From positions 380,307-444,306 of the forward strand of contig CAWJXK010000004.1 in NCBI GenBank assembly GCA_963846855.1: a stretch of DNA of 64,000 nt. The letters are read 5' to 3'. This DNA is from an uncultured beta proteobacterium (lineage in GTDB: Bacteria > Pseudomonadota > Gammaproteobacteria > Burkholderiales > Casimicrobiaceae). Position numbers and translations under genes: made by a program. Below the pieces are notes generated by a model, which made no database searches, had not been told where the DNA came from, and was given only the letters and a program-made list of their open reading frames with translations. Of the stretch, positions 37,513 through 46,310 are shown piece by piece. How positions within the stretch are numbered: the first letter of the stretch is position 1; each line of letters starts with the position of its first letter.

Positions 37513-38766
37513 TTGAACGCCCGTACGCGACGCCGTTTCAAATTGTTTGTCCTGCTATGCCTCGGCGCAGGCCCGGCCGCGGCCCAGCTGAACGTGACGC
37601 TCACCTCAATGAGCTTCACGCCAGCGTTAATCGCCATGGGCGAAACCTCGACGCTGTCGATCACCTTCGGGAATGACACCGGCGCCACGATCAGCAACGT
37701 GACGTTCACCGATGCCCTCCCGGCGGCAGTGACTTCCAATGCCTTCGGGTCTTCGACGTTCAGCCCAGGGTGCGTGTTTCAGAGCAACGTCGCGCTCGAC
37801 AGCATCACCGTCTACGGAAGCGTATCGGTCGCCGCACACAGTACATGCACGATAGAGACTCTCGTCAGCGCGAGCGCCTCGGGCCTGTATAGGAACGGCG
37901 CGGCGAATATCACCCGCTGGAACGGAAATGCCCTCTCGCTTCCGGACTCGATGCTGATCGTCACCGGTGGGGCGAATTACCAGGGCCTGTGGTGGGTACC
38001 GAACGGCGCAGAATCCGGGTGGGGCCTCAATTTCGCGCATCACGGCGACCAGATCTACGCCACGTGGTACACCTACGATACGAGCGGCAAGGCGTGGTGG
38101 CTGTCGATGCTCGCGGGGCGCACAACGCCGACCGGCAACACCTACGCGGGGAAAATCTACATCGATGTCGGGCCATCCTTCAACAACTATACCGGGACGG
38201 CGTTGGCAATCCAGGTTGGCGACGGAACGCTGACGTTCTCGGATGCCGACAACGGCAGCTTCTCCTACGACGTCAACGGGGTCGTCCAGACGAAGCCGAT
38301 CACGCGGTTCGACTTAGGCACGGGCCCGCAGCCAGTGTGCGTCTACAGCGCCGCCGGGCCGAACTTCACCCTGGCAACGAATTATCAGGACCTCTGGTGG
38401 GTGCCGAATGGTGCGGAGTCCGGCTGGGGGCTCAACCTCGCGCACCAGGGAAACAGCATCTACGCCACCTGGTACACATACGGCGTCGACGACCAGCCGC
38501 TATGGCTATCGGCGCTGGTCCAGTTCCAGGGCGGTAACGTCTACAGCGGGAAGGTCTACCAGAACTCGGGACCACGCTTCGACGTCTATGACAAGACCAA
38601 GGTGGCGGTGAATTCCGTGGGCAACGCGACGCTGTCGTTTTCCGACGGGAACCATGCGACCTTTGGATATAACGTGATGGTCGCGCCGTTTCCCGGGCCG
38701 ATCATCCAGTCCAAGCCGATCACGCGCTTCCCATTCAGCGGCGGCGGCGCGACCATCTGCCAGTAG
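37513..38766 (+). CDS. secreted protein with an Ig-like N-domain plus two tandem ~125-aa WWVPNGAESGWG domains
   Basis: TTG start and signal peptide LFVLLCLGAGPAAAQ. The internal duplication NYQGLWWVPNGAESGWGLNFAHHGDQIYATWYTYD... (from nt 37975) is repeated as NYQDLWWVPNGAESGWGLNLAHQGNSIYATWYTYG... (from nt 38380). Confidence 0.7.
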   Translation: MNARTRRRFKLFVLLCLGAGPAAAQLNVTLTSMSFTPALIAMGETSTLSITFGNDTGATISNVTFTDALPAAVTSNAFGSSTFSPGCVFQSNVALDSITVYGSVSVAAHSTCTIETLVSASASGLYRNGAANITRWNGNALSLPDSMLIVTGGANYQGLWWVPNGAESGWGLNFAHHGDQIYATWYTYDTSGKAWWLSMLAGRTTPTGNTYAGKIYIDVGPSFNNYTGTALAIQVGDGTLTFSDADNGSFSYDVNGVVQTKPITRFDLGTGPQPVCVYSAAGPNFTLATNYQDLWWVPNGAESGWGLNLAHQGNSIYATWYTYGVDDQPLWLSALVQFQGGNVYSGKVYQNSGPRFDVYDKTKVAVNSVGNATLSFSDGNHATFGYNVMVAPFPGPIIQSKPITRFPFSGGGATICQ

Positions 38767-38791
38767 CCCGACCACTGGCGACGCGGCGACG

Positions 38792-40258
38792 CTACGCGGC
38801 GCGTGCGTGGCGCTCGACGACAGCGGCCGCAAGCGCGGGATCGAGATCGCCGTCCGGCCACGGGCAAAGCAGCGTCGTCAGCACGAGCTTCTCGAACTCG
38901 GGCAGGAAGCGCGCGATGATGCGTTCGGGATCCGGACAGAATCCGCGGTCGGTGATGAGCCCGAACTGGACGTGCCCGTCGTACGACAGGATCGACACGC
39001 CCATCCCGATGTCGCCTGACTGCGGCACCCAGAACATGAAGCGCTCGATGCGCGCGCCGGCGAGGTAGAGCGGCGTCTGCGGGCCGGGCACGTTGGTCAT
39101 CACGGCGCTCGCGTTGCGCGCCAGTACGGTGATGAGCTGCTCCTGCAGGAGCTTGGGGCCCGCTCCGGAGGCGGCGAGCAGGCCGAGAGTGAGCACGGGC
39201 TGGAAGCTGCCCTTGAGCGCGCGCATGTTCGCCCGCACCGCGTAGAGGCGCTCCACAGGATTCTCGATGCCGATCGGCAGCTCGAGGAACACGACGCCGA
39301 ACTGGTTGCCAAGCTTGTAGGCTTTCTCGAGCGGCCGCAGGTTGACGGGCACGAGCGCCCGCATCATCACGCCGTCCGTCGCGTCGCCCTTTCCGACGAG
39401 GTATTCGCGCAGCGCGCCGGCGACGCACGAGAGCAGCACGTCGTTGACCGACGCCCCAAGCGCGCGTCCGACCGCCTTTACCTCATCGAGCGGAATCGGC
39501 TCGGCCCAGGCGACCCGCTTGGCGACGCCCGGCGCGCCCTTGAAGCGCGTCGGCGAATCCTGGCCCATCATGGCGAGCTTGGCGATTTCCGCGGTGAGCG
39601 CGCCCCCCTGCTCCGCGAGCGCCAGCGCCTTGATCGGATCCACCCATATTTCGGTGCCCTTCTCGACCAGCGTCTTGCCAATGCCGAGCGCCATCTGCAG
39701 CGCGTTGGCGAGCGGCGCGGTGAGGGCGCCGAGCGAATCGGTCGACGCGTCCGCGCGCTTGCGCTGCGGCGGCGGCGCCGGCAGCGCCGGCGGGCCGCCC
39801 GGCGCCGAGTCCGTCATCGACAGCATCACCTGAACCAGCGCGATGCCGTCGGCGTAACAATGATGGATGCGGATGACGAGCGCGCTGCCGCCGTCGTAGT
39901 TGTCGACGAGATGCCATTGCCAGCGCGGATGCGCGGGATCGAGCTCGGTGGCAGCGAGCCGGCTCACCAGCGCCTCCAGCTCGCGCTTTCCCGCGCGCCC
40001 CGGCAGGGAGACGCGGACCAGATGGTAATCGAGATCGAGCTTCTCGCCGCCTTCCCAGCTCGCGATCCCGAGCGAATCGACCGGCCGTTGGCGGAAGCGC
40101 GGAAAGCGCAGGAAACGCTTCAGGACGACGGTGCGCAGGCGCGCCATCCGGATCGGAGTGCCAAACGTCAGCACGCCGCAGATCATCATCAGATTGGTTG
40201 GCCGGTCCATCCGCAGCCACGCGGTGTCGATCGCCGAAATCTTTTCGCGCTTTGCCAT
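38792..40258 (-). CDS. wax ester synthase / acyl-CoA:diacylglycerol acyltransferase (WS/DGAT)
   Basis: Catalytic HHxxxDG motif (HHCYADGIA), N-terminal SAIDTAWLRMD, 488 aa. I placed the start at ATG 40258. Confidence 0.88.
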   Translation of the reverse strand: MAKREKISAIDTAWLRMDRPTNLMMICGVLTFGTPIRMARLRTVVLKRFLRFPRFRQRPVDSLGIASWEGGEKLDLDYHLVRVSLPGRAGKRELEALVSRLAATELDPAHPRWQWHLVDNYDGGSALVIRIHHCYADGIALVQVMLSMTDSAPGGPPALPAPPPQRKRADASTDSLGALTAPLANALQMALGIGKTLVEKGTEIWVDPIKALALAEQGGALTAEIAKLAMMGQDSPTRFKGAPGVAKRVAWAEPIPLDEVKAVGRALGASVNDVLLSCVAGALREYLVGKGDATDGVMMRALVPVNLRPLEKAYKLGNQFGVVFLELPIGIENPVERLYAVRANMRALKGSFQPVLTLGLLAASGAGPKLLQEQLITVLARNASAVMTNVPGPQTPLYLAGARIERFMFWVPQSGDIGMGVSILSYDGHVQFGLITDRGFCPDPERIIARFLPEFEKLVLTTLLCPWPDGDLDPALAAAVVERHARAA

Positions 40259-40403
40259 CGGGGCTCTCGAGCGAGGGTCTCCGCCCGGCGCCGGAATTCG
40301 CATCCGGGCGCCCGCGGGCGCGCGCCGATTGCGCGCGTTTTGTGCTTCGCGCTAAAGTAGCATAGAAGGCGGATGCCCGGAAAACGGACCAGGAGGACGA
40401 ACG

Positions 40404-40679
40404 ATGGCCGCGCCGAAGAAGGACGATCTCAAGGCGAAGTTCGAAGCCGCCGCCGCGGCCGCGAAGCAGACGAAAAAGAAGCCCGACAACACGACGCTGC
40501 TGAAGCTCTACTCGTATTACAAGCAGGCAGTCGAGGGGGACGTTACGGGCGAGCGCCCGGGCGGATTCGACTTCGTCGGCGGCGCCAAGCACGACGCCTG
40601 GGCAAAGCTCAAGGGAATGAGCCGCGACGACGCGATGCAGAACTACGTGAAGCAGGTGGAAAAGCTCAACCGCGATTGA
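40404..40679 (+). CDS. acyl-CoA-binding protein (ACBP)
   Basis: 91 aa with LLKLYSYYKQAVEGD and GGAKHDAWAKLKGMSRDDAMQNYV, the classic ACBP signature. Confidence 0.88.
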   Translation: MAAPKKDDLKAKFEAAAAAAKQTKKKPDNTTLLKLYSYYKQAVEGDVTGERPGGFDFVGGAKHDAWAKLKGMSRDDAMQNYVKQVEKLNRD

Positions 40680-40753
40680 AGCGGGAGTGGCGACCTCGCT
40701 GCCGAACGGCGGCGCTTCGCGCGAAGCGCCGCGTCCGTATCACTTGCTCGTGT

Positions 40754-41275
40754 TCACTTGCTCGTGCGGCCGCGCGGCGCTTTCCGCGCGCTCGCCGGTT
40801 TCGCGGCCGCCTTCGTGCGCGGCTTGCGGGCGCCGCCCATCGCCGTTGCGCCCGACTGCTTCAGAAGCGCATTCACCGCCGCCGACAGCTCGTCGACGCG
40901 GGTGGCGAGCTTCTGCACGTCGTTCTGGGTGTAAACGCCTAGCTTCGACAGCGCCCGCTCGACTCGATCCTCGAACACCTTTTCGAGCTTGTCCCACGTT
41001 CCGCCGGCCATCTTCTGCATCTCCTTCGCCTTGGTCCGTGCGGCATCCTGTGCCGCGGCAGCCGTCTCGGCCGCCGCCTGCCGCGTCTTCTGCTCGATCT
41101 TCGTCCCCTGCAGGACGAGATTGTCGAACATCTTCATGCCTTCACGCTGCGCCTTGACGAACGCCCCGAGGCCGGCAAGCCAAATCTGATGCGACGAATC
41201 GAGCACGGACTGAGACAGATCCCGCGCCCCGGGTGTCTCGCCGCGCCCCAGTTGCGCCTTGGCTTTCTTGAGCAT
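40754..41275 (-). CDS. PHA-granule-associated protein (phasin, PhaF/PhaI-type N-domain) with a basic tail
   Basis: MLKKAK...SSHQIWLAGLGAFVKAQREG... with the C-terminus GGARKPRTKAAAKPASARKAPRGRTSK. Start at ATG 41275, preceded by GAGGAG. Confidence 0.7.
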   Translation of the reverse strand: MLKKAKAQLGRGETPGARDLSQSVLDSSHQIWLAGLGAFVKAQREGMKMFDNLVLQGTKIEQKTRQAAAETAAAAQDAARTKAKEMQKMAGGTWDKLEKVFEDRVERALSKLGVYTQNDVQKLATRVDELSAAVNALLKQSGATAMGGARKPRTKAAAKPASARKAPRGRTSK

Positions 41276-41323
41276 CGTGCGTTCTCCTCGACTTTTTCGC
41301 GTGCGGCCCACAAGGCCAGATCG

Positions 41324-41353
41324 CAATTCTAGGCCGACCGCCTAGAGCAATCA
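41324..41353 (-). promoter_or_regulatory. shared phasin promoter/operator box, copy 2
   Basis: On the minus strand: TGATTGCTCTA (41353-41343), 10 nt, then CTAGAATTG (41332-41324). The start codon lies 48 nt downstream. Confidence 0.5.
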
Positions 41354-41563
41354 TACTAAACCCGGTGTTGGTGCCGCCGGGCAATGCGGCATCTAGCGAG
41401 GGCGCCGCGTCGATTCTGCGCCGTATAATCGGCGTAACAATGCTCCGGCCCGAACGGCTCCGGCGAACGCCGTCCGCCGAAGCGCGCCGCAGCGCCCGCT
41501 GGAGCACCGCGCATCACCGTGCCACGACGGCAGCGCGCGATCATCATCTCAGGAGGGTTGGTC

Positions 41564-43552
41564 ATGGCGTACTTCGTCACCGGCGCGACCGGATTCATCG
41601 GCCGCTTCCTCGTCGCGAACCTGCTGAAGCGCGGCGATCCCATTTACGTGCTGGTTCGCAAGCGCTCGGCGAAGAAGCTCACGGAGCTGCGCGAGAATTA
41701 CTGGGGCGCCACCGAGGCGCAGGTGATCCCGGTGTTCGGCGACCTCGGCAAGGACAAGCTCGGCGTCGACGCCGGCGACCTGCGCAGGCTGCGCGGCAAG
41801 GTGAAGCATTTCTTCCATGTGGCCGCGGTCTACGACCTCACGGCGAGCGCCGAGGAACAGCAGCTCGCGAATGTCGAGGGCACGCGCAATGCCGTGCATT
41901 TCGCCGAGGCGATCGACGCCGGCTGCTTCCATCATGTGAGCTCGATCGCCGCGGCGGGACTCTACGACGGCGTCTTCCGCGAGGACATGTTCGAGGAGGC
42001 GGAGGACCTCGACCATCCGTACTTCAAGACCAAGCACGATTCCGAGCGTGTGGTGCGCAAGGAATGCAAGCGACCCTATCGCATCTACCGGCCCGGATTC
42101 GTCGTCGGACACTCGAAGACGGGATACATCGACAAGATCGACGGGCCCTACTATTTCTTCAAGTTCATCCAGAAGATGCGCAAGGCGCTGCCGCCGTGGA
42201 TGCCGATGATCGGCGTCGAGGGCGGCCGCATCAACATCGTGCCGGTCGACTTCGTCGCCGACGCGCTCGACTATCTCGCGCACAAGCGCGGGCTCGACCG
42301 CAGGTGCTTCCACCTGACCGACCCCGCGCCGCACCGCATCGGCGAAGTGCTGAACATCATCGCCCGGGCCGCCCATGCGCCGCAGATGACGCTGCGCGTC
42401 AACGCGCGGATGTTCGGGTTCATTCCGGCGCCGATCCTCTACGGGATCGGATCGCTCGCGCCTGTGAAGCGGATGATCCGCGCCGTCCTCACTGACGTTG
42501 GCGTTCCCAAGGACGTGTTCCAGTTCATCAACTGGCCGACGCGCTACGACAACCGCGAAACGACCAAGGCGCTCAAGGGATCGGGCATCGCGGTGCCGCA
42601 TCTCGAGACGTACGCACCCAGATTGTGGGACTACTGGGAGCGCAACCTCGACCCGGACCTCTTCATCGACCGCACGCTCGCCGGGCGGGTCAAGGACAAG
42701 GTGGTGGTCGTCACCGGATCATCGTCGGGCATCGGCAAGGCGACGGCACTGAAGCTCGCCGAGGCCGGCGCAAAGGTAATCCTCGTCGCGCGTGGCGAGG
42801 AGAAGCTCGTCGAGACGAAGCAGGAGATCGAGAAGGCCGGCGGCCGTGCCTACATCTATACCGCGGACGTTTCCGACCTCGCCTCCTGCGACGCGCTGGT
42901 CGCGCGCGTGCTGAAGGACCATGGCGTCTGCGACTACCTCGTCAACAACGCGGGTCGCTCGATCCGCCGCGGCGTGATCAATTCGTTCGACCGGTTCCAC
43001 GACTTCGAGCGGACGATGCAGCTCAATTATTTTGGTTCGCTGCGCCTCATCTTCGGCTTCCTGCCGAAGATGATCGAGCAGAAGCGCGGGCAGATCATCA
43101 ACATCTCGTCGATTGGCGTACTGTCGAACGCGCCCCGCTTCTCGGCCTACGTCGCGTCGAAATCAGCGCTCGATTCGTTCTCGGCCTGCGCAGCGTCGGA
43201 ATTCCTCGACAAGGGGATCAGCTTCACGACGATCAACATGCCGCTGGTGCGCACGCCGATGATCGCGCCGACCAAGATGTACGAGAACGTGCCGACGCTC
43301 TCACCCGAGCAGGCCGCGGATCTCGTCGTGGAGGCGATCGTCTACAAACCGGTGCGGATCGCGACGCGACTCGGCATTTTCGGCGCCGTTTGCCACGCGG
43401 CCGCGCCGAAGCTCACGCAGATCCTGCTCAACACGGCATTCAACATGTTCCCGGACTCGGCGGCCGCGCAGGGGAAGAAGCCCGGCGAGCCGCAGCCGCT
43501 GACGGCCGAGCAGATGGCGTTCGCCCAGCTCACCCAGGGGATTCACTGGTAG
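41564..43552 (+). CDS. two-domain fatty acyl-CoA reductase (NAD-binding reductase domain plus Acr1-like SDR domain)
   Basis: 662 aa. The N-terminal Rossmann fold is VTGATGFIGRFL and the second is VVTGSSSGIGKATA. Size and architecture resemble the Marinobacter Maqu_2507 / Rhodococcus FcrA alcohol-forming reductases. ATG 41564 is preceded by AGGAGGG. Confidence 0.75.
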   Translation: MAYFVTGATGFIGRFLVANLLKRGDPIYVLVRKRSAKKLTELRENYWGATEAQVIPVFGDLGKDKLGVDAGDLRRLRGKVKHFFHVAAVYDLTASAEEQQLANVEGTRNAVHFAEAIDAGCFHHVSSIAAAGLYDGVFREDMFEEAEDLDHPYFKTKHDSERVVRKECKRPYRIYRPGFVVGHSKTGYIDKIDGPYYFFKFIQKMRKALPPWMPMIGVEGGRINIVPVDFVADALDYLAHKRGLDRRCFHLTDPAPHRIGEVLNIIARAAHAPQMTLRVNARMFGFIPAPILYGIGSLAPVKRMIRAVLTDVGVPKDVFQFINWPTRYDNRETTKALKGSGIAVPHLETYAPRLWDYWERNLDPDLFIDRTLAGRVKDKVVVVTGSSSGIGKATALKLAEAGAKVILVARGEEKLVETKQEIEKAGGRAYIYTADVSDLASCDALVARVLKDHGVCDYLVNNAGRSIRRGVINSFDRFHDFERTMQLNYFGSLRLIFGFLPKMIEQKRGQIINISSIGVLSNAPRFSAYVASKSALDSFSACAASEFLDKGISFTTINMPLVRTPMIAPTKMYENVPTLSPEQAADLVVEAIVYKPVRIATRLGIFGAVCHAAAPKLTQILLNTAFNMFPDSAAAQGKKPGEPQPLTAEQMAFAQLTQGIHW

Positions 43553-43561
43553 GACTTGCGG

Positions 43562-43765
43562 ACGGGGAAGCAGGGGGAACGCGCGAGCGGCGAGCAGGGG
43601 CCCCGCGCACATTTCGCGCGGGGATGCGAGCAATCGCGAGCCGCGTTCGGAGGCCGACCGCTGGCCACCCGCACGCCAAGCGCGTGATGGAGGCCGAACC
43701 GCGCGCGGAGCGCGCGGGGATGCGGCCCGGAGCAAGGCCAGGCGGCCGACAACGCGACCTTCACT
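43562..43765 (+). repeat. dispersed ~205-bp intergenic repeat, copy 2
   Basis: Colinear with 236-440. The hairpin stems differ, but complementarity is preserved. Confidence 0.75.
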
Positions 43766-43855
43766 CCACAACGACGGTCGCGGAAGGCCGCGCGGCTCCA
43801 AAAGGTGAGCCACCACCCTGTATGACGGGTCGCGGAAGGCTGCGGCGCGCCGCAA

Positions 43856-44794
43856 TCAGCGTCGCGGCGGCGATTTCGCAACCGCATCGGCCTGCACCTT
43901 CGCAAGCAGCTCGGCGGCGCACGCGAACACGCCCGCGTCGGCCAGCAGCGCGTTATGCGCGACGCCGACGAAGTCAACTTCTTCCGAGCCGTCCCAGCGC
44001 GCGCTGAGCTGCGGGATGACCATCGAGTCGTGCCAGCTCCAGAGCGCGACGCAGCGCACACCCGGCGGCGGCGCGTCACGGTTGAGGCGCTCGAGCCATT
44101 CGCCGCCAGGGCGCATTTCGCCGAGGCAGGTTCCCGGGAACATTCCCGCGAGAATGCTGCCGCGGTGCGGCGTCCCGATCGTCACCACTGCACGGATCCC
44201 GTCCGTTCCGTAACGGCGCAGGTATGCGCGCGCGACGAGACCTCCCATGCTGTGACAGAGCAGCGTGACGCCGGAGGCGCCGGTCGCGGTCCTGATGGCC
44301 GCGACCTTTTCCGCGACCTGCGCGGCGAATATTTCGATCGAGGCCAGCGGCGGCCCGTACGACAGCGTGTACAGCGGCCCGATGCCGCGCTCGCGCAGAC
44401 GTTGCATGAAAGGAAACCAGACGCCGGCGTTGCAGCCGATCCCGTGCAGCAGCAGCACCGGCGCCCCGGCAGGCGCAGGCGCGGGCTCGCGCATCAGCCA
44501 CCAGCGGAATCCCATCCGGATCGGCGATCCGGCGATGCAACGCACCTCGGTCAGGAAGCATCCTACGGCGCGCCACGACCCGATTCGCTTGTCCGGCGGC
44601 CGCGGCGAACGGTGAATCCATGCGATCGCGAACCAATAGGTGACCGCGACGAAGGGAACCGCGAAATACGCCGCGACCGCGCCGAGGATCACGAGCGGCC
44701 ACGGCGCACCCTGCGCGATCGCGTGCGCGCCCCACGCCGCATAGGCGGCAGCGCCAAGCAGATACAGCGCAGCCAGTGTGACGGCGGTGATCAA
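43856..44794 (-). CDS. membrane-anchored alpha/beta-hydrolase (lipase/esterase-like)
   Basis: Two N-terminal hydrophobic helices, HGIGCN, and the nucleophile elbow HSMGG. The TTG start lies 9 bp after the regulator's stop codon. Confidence 0.75.
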   Translation of the reverse strand: MITAVTLAALYLLGAAAYAAWGAHAIAQGAPWPLVILGAVAAYFAVPFVAVTYWFAIAWIHRSPRPPDKRIGSWRAVGCFLTEVRCIAGSPIRMGFRWWLMREPAPAPAGAPVLLLHGIGCNAGVWFPFMQRLRERGIGPLYTLSYGPPLASIEIFAAQVAEKVAAIRTATGASGVTLLCHSMGGLVARAYLRRYGTDGIRAVVTIGTPHRGSILAGMFPGTCLGEMRPGGEWLERLNRDAPPPGVRCVALWSWHDSMVIPQLSARWDGSEEVDFVGVAHNALLADAGVFACAAELLAKVQADAVAKSPPRR

Positions 44795-44803
44795 ATCAGC
44801 GCG

Positions 44804-45745
44804 TCATCGCCGGGCCACAGCCGCTTCCGCGGCCTGCGGAAAATGCGCGCGCCAGCTCTTGAGCGCGCCCAGCACCGCGGCGAGCTCGGGGATCAGCACG
44901 ACGCCCGGCAGCGTCTTGCGCACGCGGCGCGTCATCTCGCCGCCCGCCCACAGCGTCATGCCTTGCGGCAGCTGCCGGCGCAGCGTCGCGAGACCGTCGC
45001 TCGCCTGGCGCACCGGAAAGGCCGCCGAGAACGACAGCGCGAGGATGTGCACCTCATGCGCGAGCGCGGCGCGGCGAATGTCCTCGAGCGGCGTCTGGAC
45101 GCCGAGCGAGATGCATTGCGTGCCCTCGGGCACGAGCATCGCCTCGACCATCAGCAGGCCAAGCCCGTGGTGCTCGCCCGGAAACGTCGTCAGCAGCACG
45201 CGCGGCGTTCCTGTCTGGCGCGGAAAGGAATTGATCGCGGCACGGAGCACGGCCTGCATCTGCTCGGTGTAAAGATGCTCCTCGAACACCGGAAGCTCGC
45301 CGCGCATCCACGCGTCGCCGATCGCGCGGTTCAACGGCGCCAGCGACTCCTGGACGAACCGCTGCAGCCCCTGCTTCATGATGAGGTTCGCGAGCGAATT
45401 CTGCAGCGCGGTGACGTCATGCGCGCGCAGCATCGCCAGCACGTCCTTCTCGATGACGGGCGTGGACGTGTCGGCGCGCGCTGCGGTTCGCGCTTCGGCC
45501 AGCGTGTTGAGCGCCTCCTGCGTCGCGTGGATGATCTTGCCGGGGCGCAGGCCCACGTCCATCAGGCGCTTGATCGTGCGCAGCTTCTCGATCTCGGAAA
45601 CCGAGTACTGGCGCTCGCCGTTCTCGTCGCGGCCGGGCTTGGGAAAGCCGTAGCGACGCTCCCACATCCGCAAGACGTCCTTGGACAGGCCGGTCTCGCG
45701 CTCGACTGCGCTGATATTGAGAATGATGCTGTGGGAGGGGTCCAT
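44804..45745 (-). CDS. MerR-family regulator with a C-terminal cobalamin-binding domain (CarH/LitR-type photoreceptor candidate)
   Basis: MerR HTH (ISAVERETGLSKDVLRMWERRYGFPKP). It carries the W-x9-E-H motif (WMRGELPVFEEH) and the E-x-H-x-x-G motif (EHHGLG), followed by ...ALSFS... and WAGG. Confidence 0.75.
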   Translation of the reverse strand: MDPSHSIILNISAVERETGLSKDVLRMWERRYGFPKPGRDENGERQYSVSEIEKLRTIKRLMDVGLRPGKIIHATQEALNTLAEARTAARADTSTPVIEKDVLAMLRAHDVTALQNSLANLIMKQGLQRFVQESLAPLNRAIGDAWMRGELPVFEEHLYTEQMQAVLRAAINSFPRQTGTPRVLLTTFPGEHHGLGLLMVEAMLVPEGTQCISLGVQTPLEDIRRAALAHEVHILALSFSAAFPVRQASDGLATLRRQLPQGMTLWAGGEMTRRVRKTLPGVVLIPELAAVLGALKSWRAHFPQAAEAAVARR

Positions 45746-45816
45746 CGACGCGTTCTTTGTTCAGGGTTGGCGGGCGAAACCGGCCCTGAATCGGCAATTG
45801 TCGAACAAAATTTGCG

Positions 45817-45833
45817 TTATGTCCAAGACATAA
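45817..45833. promoter_or_regulatory. perfect 7-3-7 palindrome upstream of the CarH-like gene (candidate operator)
   Basis: TTATGTC-CAA-GACATAA, 72-88 bp upstream of the start codon, in an AT-richer stretch. Confidence 0.4.
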
Positions 45834-46130
45834 TTAGGTTTCTGCCGTACGCGGCGAAGGCGATCGACGACGGGCTTGGCAAGTGCCCGGAGCCTTCGCA
45901 AACCCCCGCGACTTTCACCGATCGCGTGCGCATTCGAATCCGGATCGCGCATCGGCGCGCGTTCATCGCGTCGACGTTCGCACACGTGCATTCGCAATCG
46001 CCGCCCGCGCGAATGTCGCACCGAAATCCCGGTGCATCGGCGCAGCACGGAATGATCTCGGAGCGAACTCACGCGCGACGCGCGACGGTTTCCAGATGCG
46101 GGGGCCAATGACACGGGGCCGCGTCTCACC

Positions 46131-46161
46131 TTTGACCAAGGCGTGGGCGATCGCCTATACT
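46131..46161 (+). promoter_or_regulatory. candidate tRNA promoter
   Basis: TTGACC (46131-46136), a 19-nt spacer, then TATACT (46156-46161), 10 nt before the tRNA 5' end. The spacer is one to two nt longer than optimal. Confidence 0.4.
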
Positions 46162-46171
46162 TGCGGCCCTT

Positions 46172-46248
46172 GGCGAATTAGCTCAGCTGGTTAGAGCAGA
46201 GGAATCATAATCCTTTGGTCCGGGGTTCGAGTCCCTGATTCGCCACCA
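46172..46248 (+). tRNA. tRNA with anticodon CAU (elongator Met, or Ile2 if lysidine-modified)
   Basis: A 77-nt cloverleaf folded by hand: acceptor GGCGAAU/AUUCGCC, D-arm GCUC..GAGC, anticodon stem GAGGA/UCCUU with loop AUCAUAA (CAT at 46206-46208), T-arm CGGGG-UUCGAGU-CCCUG, and an encoded CCA. Met versus Ile2 cannot be decided by eye. Confidence 0.9.
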
Positions 46249-46290
46249 AAAAAACAACGGCCTGCAGCGATGCAGGCCGTTTTGTCTTGC
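46248..46290. terminator. bidirectional rho-independent terminator (tRNA / DUF2950 gene)
   Basis: aaaaaaa-acggcctgca-gcga-tgcaggccgt-tttg. Confidence 0.75.
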
Positions 46291-46310
46291 GGCGGGGACA
46301 GGTCGCGCCG

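Noticed and set aside
45883-46194. A 103-aa ORF in the regulator/tRNA spacer, along with other small intergenic ORFs such as 4400..4771 and 37273..37676.
   Set aside because: None has an RBS or a recognisable motif, all have Arg-rich shadow composition, and the 45883 ORF runs into the tRNA gene.
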